From assembly GCA_002269645.1 (NCBI GenBank), contig NIVC01004613.1, forward strand, positions 1 to 40,501: DNA of 40,501 nucleotides, given 5' to 3'. This document shows positions 10,801 to 19,299 of this stretch, piece after piece. A program made the position numbers and the translations under genes. Below the pieces are notes generated by a model that was given only the letters and a program-made list of their open reading frames with translations, had not been told where the DNA came from and searched no databases. How positions within the stretch are numbered: the stretch's first letter is position 1; each line of letters starts with the position of its first letter. This DNA comes from Macrostomum lignano. Lineage: Eukaryota.

Positions 10801-13800
10801 GTTGCCAACCTCAGCAGAACGAAAGATGACACGGATGTTGCAATTAAAGCGAGTTGCGGAATAATTTGCAGATTTTATTTTTGAAAAGTTGAGAAGGATA
10901 TCCAAAGAAAGGGAGGACAAGAGTTGGTTCGTTGAGATCGATGGGATTGGCTTTAGCGCTAGGCTGATTGGGGATTTTCTCAGCGACGAATTTGTGAATG
11001 TGAGTGAATAAACGCACGAGGATAACCATTTTGTTGAAACATCCTGGTCAGAAAATTCACTTCTTGGTCAAAGTTAGTCCAGGTGTTACAGACACTGAAA
11101 GCTCTGTGGAGCAGACATCTAATCAGGCCAGATTTCCATTGTCTAGGACACAAAGCATTGAAGTTGAGGATGAGATTGGTAAACGTGCTTTTTCGAAAAA
11201 CTTTGGTCGAGAGGGTTCCGCAATTAAAATCAATGTCGAGGTCAAGGAACGGGAGCCTCTGGTCGCAAGCAACCTCAGAAGTGAACTGGATGTTAGTGTG
11301 CGTAGAGTTGAGAGCATCGAAGAAACGGTCAATTTTGTTCTTGTTATCGAAGATGGCGAAGGTATCGTCAACATAACGCCTGTAGAATTTGGGTGCGCAG
11401 TCAAGGGTCATCCAATCGTTGGTTTCCCTGTCTCATTGCCTATCTCAGAGGGGCACTGGATGTACATTATTATACTTCTAACTATTTCGACTACCATTCC
11501 GTCCCTGGACTTTGCCTCTCGACTTTTGGACCAATAAACATGTACTTTGAATATTGAATATTAAATATTGATTGAATTTACCCCAAAATTTTTGTATTTA
11601 TTGCCGTTTTCACTCGTTTTTTTCGCTCAAAAAATAAACCTAGCCTGAAGATGCACAGTTTCGTGCGAAACGTGTCGCTACAAATTTAATGTTGATTTTC
11701 GCCTTCCTATTAATCACATTATAAATTATTTTTTCTCATAAATCTACCTATTTTACCTATCCGCTTCACATAGACTATACACGTCACAAGTAAATGCGTT
11801 TCACCGGCGAACATCATCACCAGAGTTTTGACGCTGTGAGCTCCTCTCGTTGGTCCGCCCTGTTTGCAACTAGGACTTTATGTACTTAGTAAACTCGGAG
11901 CAGGGCAGTATTAGTACTCACATACTGCCCTGCACTTTTTTGGCCTTTCATTCACTGTCCTGGTACTCTTTGCAATCATTATAAACTACCTTAACTTTAA
12001 GCAATTAGGAGTACAAAATAAACTATCCTAAAAAAGATCCATTACATGACCTACTTGATAGCGTCGGTGACTCTAGTGAAGCTGTAGTCGGAGGGCTTTT
12101 TGATCTTCCCGTCACGCCTTGACGCTGCTGCGTCAGAGGGCTGCGGAGAGTCGGAGGGCTGCTGGGCTTTAAACAGAGCCCACAGGATGCCAACGTCGAC
12201 AGTTCCTTCTGGTAAGAACCGGAAGTGCACGCCGTCATGGCTATCAAAAATCTGCGGCTGGCAATTCTTTTTATTGGCGTCGCAAAATTTGACAAGCGAA
12301 GCCAGCAGGGCGTTGTGCGGCTCCAGCTGATTGCAATTCGCCATGATCAGGATGATGACGAACTGGTGTAGGTATCTGTACCGTCTAGGTGAATCAAAAA
12401 ACACTGCAAGTGTAAGCGGAAATGCAATAAAGTGTAAGCTTTGTTTTATGCAAAAGGGTTCAATTCCGCGTCATTCCAGATAATTATGGATGTAGTAATA
12501 TTATAGTCTCTTTTATACATAAAAATAAAATGCATATGCATTCAGTACACTCCATTAGTTAATACAACACATAAATATACTTGCATTTGCTGTGAAAATC
12601 ATGCATTAATTCGGCCGCCTCGCGGTGCGCCTCAGAGGGTACAGGGACGGCTTTTTTATTCGCCGAGGCCTTCGCTGGTTTCGGACGACTCCCTTTACCT
12701 CGTCCTCGAGGACGTGACGTGCCAAATGAAGCATCAGTACACGGAGCTCCATCAGAGGGAGGAGCCTCAGTACACGGAGCTCCATCAGAGGGAGGAGACT
12801 CAGTACACGGAGCTCCATCAGAGGGAGGAGCCTCAGTACACGGAGCTCCATCAGAGGGAGGAGACTCAGTACACGGAGCTCCATCAGAGAGAGGAGACTC
12901 AGTACACGGAGCTCCATCAGAGGGAGGAGCCTCAGTACACGGAGCTCCATCAGAGGGAGGAGCCTCAGTACACGGAGCTCCATCAGAGGGAGGAGCCTCA
13001 GTACACGGAGCTCCATCAGAGGGAGGAGCCTCAGTACACGGAGCTCCATCAGAGAGAGGAGACTCAGTACACGGAGCTCCATCAGAGGGAGGAGCCTCAG
13101 TACACGGAGCTCCATCAGAGGGAGGAGACTCAGTACACGGAGCTCCATCAGAGAGAGGAGCCTCAGTACACGGAGCTCCATCAGAGGGAGGAGACTCAGT
13201 ACACGGAGCTCCATCAGAGAGAGGAGACTCAGTACACGGAGCTCCATCAGAGGGAGGAGCCTCAGTACACGGAGCTCCATCAGAGGGAGGAGCCTCAGTA
13301 CACGGAGCTCCATCAGAGGGAGGAGCCTCAGTACACGGAGCTCCATCAGAGGGAGGAGCCTCAGTACACGGAGCTCCATCAGAGGGAGGAGCCTCAGTAC
13401 ACGGAGCTCCATCAGAGGGAGGAGCCTCAGTACACGGAGCTCCATCAGAGGGAGGAGCCTCAGTACACGGAGCTCCATCAGAGGGAGGAGCCTCAGTACA
13501 CGGAGCTCCATCAGAGGGAGGAGACTCAGTACACGGAGCTGAAACAGCCTGAAATGCAACAAGTAAAATGTGATAATTACAAGGAACCATAGTTGGCGAT
13601 AATTAAATTCACTTTTCATTACCGACATTGAGGGCCCGTAGTCATAGTATTCATTGTCATTCTCAGACAGAAGCCCGCCAGCAACAGTGGTCTTGTCCAA
13701 AGGCTGCCTCACCAGAGGGTCCTGGAAAAGTGTCAATTGAAAACAGTAACTCGCTTAGCATGACTGGACAACCATGACGCCGAATCAGTAAAATGCACAG

Positions 13801-14485
13801 CAGCCTGAAACTCACTGCATCCTTGAGCCCGCCGACTTGTTGACCATCTATTAGAGGCTGCCACTCTTTCGGCTTCTGACCCCTGCTGGGCTCAGATTCG
13901 CACATTCGGTCCACACTCATTATGGCTGGCAAAGTGCTCTTGGCTGAGCAGTCTTTCTCGGGCTAAAACAGCGGGTGCAGTTTGTGAGCAAGTCAGGGCC
14001 GGAAGCTAAAGCTGAAGAAGATGCTAAAGGCGCGGTGGGGGACGCTTAGCTCATACAGTGTATGCTTTTCCGATGCTTCAGTGGGAGGTGACTCAATTTT
14101 CGTGCTCAAAATAAATACTTCAGTTTATATTTATATTTGATTTAAAAGTTGGACTACAGCTTCACTTAACATATAAAATTAGCATATTCATATAATTCTC
14201 ACTGGCATAGCAGCAGGCAGTGGTTCTGATTTGAAAATTTTCAGGCTAGATGAGCAGGGCCCATTATCCAGAACTTCTGAGATGTCCTTACAGTTCTGAA
14301 ATAAAAACAATAATAATTAATGTATTACTTCAAACACAAACACTTAATTTAAAAAAAGACAATATTAAACTTACAAGCAATGGAAGTTCACTATTTTCTG
14401 ATGAAACCAGAAATTTACTAGCAAACTTGTCAGTGAAATTGACATCCTTGGGAACATGGTCAACCTTGTGATAATCAGTAACCAT
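7889..14485 (-). CDS. Unrecognised 10-exon gene, ~771 aa; exons 14485-14375, 14295-14203, 13962-13816, 13721-13623, 13548-12581, 12384-12055, 10243-10091, 9899-9710, 9255-9122, 7979-7889
   Basis: All nine introns are GT-AG and join in phase (0,0,0,0,2,2,2,0,2) into a 2316-nt stop-free CDS. Basic NLS-like segments KRKNFRKRKR and PPAKKLK. The true 5' end is uncertain because an in-frame acceptor lies just upstream of the ATG. Confidence 0.7.
8494..8855 (-). mobile_element. tRNA-derived SINE (~360 bp) in the last intron of the orphan gene
   Basis: Minus-strand head GGGGGCCGTAGCCCAGCGGTAG with A box (8846-8836) and B box GGCTCGATTCC (8803-8793) at tRNA-like spacing; A-rich tail TAATAAAAAAA near 8494-8505. 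Confidence 0.7.
8970..9076 (-). repeat. Headless partial copy of the SINE body
   Basis: Shares CCCCTGAGCAG...CTCACACAGG...GGCATGTACAC...TGCCTTGGGGGTTGG with 8590-8720. Confidence 0.7.
9357..9574. mobile_element. 218-bp MITE, MULE-like, with internal TTGCCCGCCGAG repeats
   Basis: GGG...CCC ends; internal inverted TTGCCCGCCGAG / CTCGGCGGGCAA; 9-bp TSD TTAAAAGAC (9348-9356) vs GTAAAAGAC (9575-9583), one mismatch. Confidence 0.7.
9955..10062 (-). repeat. Second headless partial copy of the SINE body
   Basis: CCCTGAGCAGGCAC...CACAAACTGTGCTTTGGGGGTTGGCTC...AATTGCAC matches the SINE body. Confidence 0.7.
10281..11710 (-). mobile_element. 5'-truncated Penelope-like element (PLE) with a 3' pseudo-LTR and an inverted pseudo-LTR at the truncation point
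   Basis: Frameshifted RT C-terminus (FYRRYVDDTF, RLPFLDL, VFRKSTFT, NGYP) followed by GIY-YIG (GVVYQFNC...YVGKTKRHLHTRIREH...ILEAL), stop at 10454-10456. 10317-10445 is the inverse of 11445-11709. 12-bp TSD TAATCACATTAT at 10269-10280 and 11711-11722. Confidence 0.92.
11641..11680 (+). ncRNA. Minimal type I hammerhead ribozyme in the PLE pseudo-LTR
   Basis: Helix I TAGC/GCTA, core CTGAAGA, helix II GCAC/GTGC with 6-nt loop, GAAA, near-palindromic helix III (AC-GT-GT), GUC cleavage triplet 11674-11676. PLE pLTRs are an established location for minimal hammerheads. Confidence 0.85.
12734..13540 (-). repeat. 33-bp coding minisatellite, 24 full units encoding APCTE(A/S)P(P/L)SDG
   Basis: 264 aa of repeat (24 x 11) inside exon 5 of the orphan gene. 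Confidence 0.97.
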
Positions 14486-14699
14486 GGTACTTAATATAAA
14501 AATTGAACTTCTGATTCTGTAATTTAAATTAATGCAAGTATGTTTATTTATATTTTGCTAAATAATGCACCAATATAAAAAGAATGGCCACAATGGCAGC
14601 AGATTATATAGAACTTCAATTACTTTAACGAAGCCTACATTTAATTTTTAAATAAATATAAAACTTTACCTCTAAGTATATATCTTAGAGGTGCTAACA

Positions 14700-15330
14700 A
14701 AGTTGGCAACAAACAAATTCGGCAACAGAGATTCACAATGGACAAATTTGGCAAAAGCAAATTTGGCAACAACCTAGGCAATTTGGTTCCATTTAATGAA
14801 GGAAAAGGAATCATGTATAATTTTGGAAATTCCTTAAGTACAATGGTATTAAGTCCTTTCCAAGAAATGTTTATTAATTTTAAGATGGGGTGGTCTCAAA
14901 AGCAATGGGACTTGGGGAAAACAAGAAAAGGGATTTCCTCATATGCCTAATAAAGGTCATTCTGCTGGTTACAATATCTAGGAAAGGGAGTTGCCAGGAA
15001 AAATTCTAAAAAAAAATCACAAAATAAAAAATGTCAAGTAGTACATAGCCCACCAGCACATTTTCAAAGATATGGGATTTCCAATTTAACAACACTTTTC
15101 TGGCCATCTTAACATGCTTATGCAGCCATTATTTTGCATTTATAAACATTCACAAGAATTTTAAGAAAGCCTTATTACATGTACATGTATAAATTTGCTT
15201 TAACTTATCTCTGGCTATAAAGGGAATTGTTGCTGAATTTGGCTAGATTGTTGCTGAATTTGCTTTTGCCGAATTTGTCCACATTAAATTTCTGTCACTA
15301 AATTTCTTAGTCACCAAATTTGCCTGCATC
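14700..15330. mobile_element. Degenerate foldback/MITE with long imperfect TIRs built of AATT(C/T)GGCAAC-like repeats
   Basis: GGACAAATTTGGCAAAAGCAAATTTGGCAACAACCTAG (~14740-14780) matches the reverse complement of ~15240-15280; no TSD resolved. Confidence 0.55.
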
Positions 15331-15543
15331 CAGAGAAATAATATATATGCACAGATAACATGCACTTTATAGAGTCACAAAGAAAAATGAATTAGTGTTA
15401 CCTAAAGTTAAAAAAGATGGAAATATTCATTTTTAAATATATAACTCAAGCTTTCTGTTTTTAAAGCTTATAATTAAGGCATTTGAACTAATGTTTGTGT
15501 ATATTGATTAAGTGCCATAAATAGTATAGGCAAAAAAGGTAAA

Positions 15544-15600
15544 TCCAATATACTAAAAATGGTCTATCCGTGTGTGATTGATTTTAGCAAAATTATCAGA
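15544..15600 (+). mobile_element. Helitron-like non-autonomous element 5' end (degenerate)
   Basis: A|TCCAATATACTAAAAATGGTCT, also present at 38665; resembles the TC-start termini of animal Helitrons. Confidence 0.4.
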
Positions 15601-16191
15601 TAAAAAGGGTTGTTGCAACTCTAGTCTAGTTTTGAGAGTGTGGGCATGCACTGAATGTACCCAGCATGATCTGGACTCTAGCCTCTATTAATAAGGCTTA
15701 GCTTGGCTAGGCAAATTGCTTTGCCAAAGTTAGGCCTAGTCCCTAGTTAAATAGATTGAAATTGTGGTAGGTAGAGCCTCTCACTGTTTTCCATGGACTA
15801 GAATATGTTTTCCTCCATATAGTATTGCTTACCTAAAGACATTGCTTACCTAAGGCCTGGGAATGAGGACTCGGGCCCGGGTCGGGCCTCGGGAATTTGG
15901 GACAAGATCTTTAGGACAGCTCAATAATTGGAAAAAAATCATCATAATAAATCTTAATACTTTTAGCATATGCAGATTACTATTAAATAGATAATAAATA
16001 TATAAATATATTAAATAAAATAAAATATATTAAATATAGTAGAAAATAGGGCATTTAAACAAATTTTTGCATGTATCAATTTTCTACTATGAATAATATT
16101 AGCAAAAAGCATAAATATTAACCAAATTATTAGCCTAAAAGAGTCCTTTACACAATTTAAAAAGGTAATTTATTGTCAAAACATAAAAAGG

Positions 16192-17219
16192 TGTGGCAGG
16201 CGGGATGCCACAGTAATTGTTTGGACTCAGTTTTTTAATAATTTTAAGCGCTATCAAAACTTTAATTTACTGACCCAACCAGTCTTTTCACCCCAATTTT
16301 TGTCCATTGTCTGCCCAGCTCCCTTTCCTTTCTGTGGCCTGGTCGCGTCCCTTTGCTGTTTTTTGTCGTCCCTTCGTTGAAATTTTGTTATCCGCCCTGT
16401 CCCAATGTTTTTGAGCCGGTCCATCCCGTGAATTTCTGTTTGCCCAGCGTTTGCTTCCAGTACTTGTCAGCCCCCTTTCGGGTATTTATTCTGCTAATTG
16501 TTGTGCCCAGTTTCCTCATACCTTCCCCTTCCTTCCATTTTTTCTCATCCCTACCGTTCTTTTCTGTTTTCCATTTTCCTCAACTAATAAGCTTTGATTC
16601 ATTAAATTAGTGGTAATATTTTATTGAATTCATTTAGCGCACTGGCGCCGCAAGAGCGAATTCATCTTGAGTGTTTAAATAATAGTAATATTAACTTTAT
16701 TCAGTGCTCACCTGCTATTATCTTAACTAAGTTACCATAATAAACCGACATCATTAAATTAGCTTTTAATTTCATTTGTTGAGCCATAGCTTCTCTTGAA
16801 TCATTTGCCCGTGGGGCGTAAAATAACCAAAGCTCTCATCTCAAAGAAAGCTCTGAGACTTATCCGTTCTGTAATACGTAAATTATGGTGGTGGCAGCAA
16901 CTACCCTACTGGAAGTAATAAGCTTAGCAAATCTATGCATTCATTTATGGTGTCTCATCGCTTTGAATGACTGCGCCGCTACATGACCGCTCTGCTACGA
17001 TTACGACTACCCTCCCCCCGGACTTGAGAACCCGGCAGCCAGAGTAAAAGGAGAAAGATTTTTCCTGTTGAGATTTGTCTGCACAATTTTTCCAGTTTTA
17101 TTCGTGCGAACTCAACATTGGGCAGCAATTCAAATGAGGAATCCACCCCACCTCACTGGTGTCAGCAAATTTTCAAAACCGACCAATTTCCAAGAAAAAT
17201 CTTCTCCACCCCCACCTCA
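16192..17219 (+). repeat. 5' LTR (1028 bp)
   Basis: Starts TGTGGCAGG, ends CCACCTCA; aligns to 26058-27087. Confidence 0.95.
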
Positions 17220-17220
17220 C

Positions 17221-17241
17221 TGGTGGTCAGCTAAGTGGGAT
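17221..17241 (+). promoter_or_regulatory. Degenerate primer-binding site, tRNA-Leu-like
   Basis: TGGTGGTCAGCTAAGTGGGAT 1 nt after the LTR; resembles TGGTGTCAGAAGTGGGAT (complement of the tRNA-Leu CAA 3' end) with small insertions. Confidence 0.55.
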
Positions 17242-18375
17242 AACGAAACGCCGAAACCCTTTCAATGAGTCGTTCAAATGCTACACTACTATGGCTTCAA
17301 CTACTAATTCAACGGCCGCGGACGCGACAGCCGACGCTGCAGGCCCTGACAACTCAATGACAAGACCAACCTACGACGAGATGATTCCCGCAGTGACCGA
17401 AGAGGTGCGCCGGCGACTGGAGCAGACCAGCCTGGGCCAGCCGCAACACCATCATCATGTGTACCAGCAGCCCCAGCAGCAGGATCGAGCTCCGGCGCCG
17501 AAACCGGTCAAGATTCAGCGGTATACGCAGAACCAGGAATTCGACATCTGGATCCAGGCTCTGGAAGAGCGTTGCGAGCTCAACGGGATCACAGACGATA
17601 GACGCAAGAAGGCCGAGGCCCTTGTGAACCTGGACATTGCCACAACCTATCCCGCGGTCGTCAGGATGGAGCTGCCAGACAATCTGACGTTTGGTGAGTT
17701 CAAACAACGACTGTCTGAACGCTTTACGCATGTGGCCAACACGCTGGAGTACCGGGAGCAATTCCGAAGCTGCCAGCAAGGCAAGAACGAGAGTGTTGAC
17801 GACTATGGCGATCAACTAATTGCTCTGGCCGATAGAGCATTTCCGCATTTTACCCCGGTTCAGAAGCAGGCTGAACTGGTGGATCAGTTCACAGTGGGAG
17901 TGTGGATTGCTCAGTCGGCAAGAGAACAGCTAATCCTGGTGCGACCGCAGAATCTGACTGCAGCGAGACGGGCCGTGCTACACTTGGAGACAGCAGCTAG
18001 TCTGGCTCAGCGAGTAGCACCGCCGCCAGCAGCGAGACACGTCCGGGTTCTCGAGGATGACAACAGTCAGCCGCCCACTGTGGTGCAACATGATGACAAG
18101 TCATCTCGGCCCAAGGAGAACTGGTTGCGTGAGGTCATGGAACAACAAGTCGAGACTCTGCAAGAGCAGCGACAACTACTGGAGACTTTGAGTAATGAAA
18201 TGCGAGAATTCTACTCACGGGGATCGCGCGACAACGACACCCCGGAGCCATGGGAACCTCGCCATCCGCCGCGGGATTCCTGGGGCCAGCGCAACAGATG
18301 TTTGGTGCCCTCGACTCCTCGCCGCAGCGCCAACGGAAGCGCCCAATTTACGACACCCGGCACGCGAATGGTGCT

Positions 18376-18992
18376 TTCTTTTCTTCACTCCGACCTCCGA
18401 CCGCCCGCAGGCGGCCGGGGCGGGGCCGGGTGGCCGCCAGGGTCGTCGATGGGCGGCTCGGTCCGACCCACCCTCTTGAGGTAGTCACAGATGAGGGCGC
18501 CGCCACCCTCGAGAACGTCGTTCCAGGAAATGACCACCCCGCCCCAGGTGCGGATGCGGGCCTGGTGGTGGCAGGGGCAGTAGAGCATAAGATGATCGAC
18601 CGAGTCCGGTTCTCCGCAGTCGGCGCATCGGTCGTTCTGAGCGAGGCCGAACCGACACAGGGTGTCGCGAGTCAGGGGGGATTTCTTAGTGCGGATTTGG
18701 CTGACCGTCACCTGGCCCCACCTGGGAAGGTCATCGTGGCCTGGCGTCGGAGTCAGGTGCGGATGCGTGCGGTCCCGCGCAGTTCTCCAATTGGACAGTA
18801 CGTGGCGGACGGCATTTTTGGCGGAGGCCTGGGAAAGTTGCGCGGTGTTCGGTTCCAATTCTGCAGCTTCGCGGGCGAGGGCGTCCGCCGCCTCGTTACC
18901 AGCAATGTCCGCGTGGCCAGGAACCCATTGGAAGTGGAGCCTGGTCTGAGCTGGGAGGTCGGTGATGAGTCGCCTGATCGTGAGGACGAGCG
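18376..18992 (-). mobile_element. 5'-truncated non-LTR retrotransposon 3' end (RNase H plus CCHC knuckle; I-group-like)
   Basis: Open frame with RNase H FQWVPGHADIAGNEAADALA and CADC-x7-H-x4-C; stop at 18385-18387 followed by an AGAAAAGAA tail; 14-bp TSD ACGCGAATGGTGCT at 18362-18375 and 18993-19006. Confidence 0.93.
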
Positions 18993-19252
18993 ACGCGAAT
19001 GGTGCTGCAGCTACTGTTCCATCGACTTCAGCAACCTCGAGACGGCAGTAATCCGCCGCCAAGAACGCCGCCAGCAGGAGGTCAACGTCAGCAGCAGCAA
19101 CAGCAGCAGCAGCAGCAGCCGAGTTCAAGGCCGCCGCCTTACCAGCTGCGGCGACAAAGCGCAATGTGCTACAGGTGCAATTGCAAGCATCGTGCCGATG
19201 AGTGCCCGCACCGGCGGTTGGCCAGCACCGCGTCCCAACGCAACGGCAGCTC

Positions 19253-19299
19253 GGGAAATGGGACGGCTGGATGCGCCATCGGGGGCAGCGCCATCCAGC
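19253..19299 (+). promoter_or_regulatory. -1 programmed ribosomal frameshift signal (gag to pol)
   Basis: Heptamer G GGA AAT (19253-19259) in correct gag phase, 6-nt spacer, stem GCTGGATG (19266-19273) / CATCCAGC (19292-19299); pol is in the -1 frame. Confidence 0.75.

Noticed and set aside
12606-13736. Alternative frames of the 33-bp repeat (LMELRVL, QYTELHQ, SVHGAPSE)
   Set aside because: Only the APCTE frame joins flanking exons in phase.
16353-16610. Hydrophobic 85-aa ORF duplicated at 26221-26478
   Set aside because: TTG start in a pyrimidine-rich LTR segment; the duplication is simply the two LTRs.
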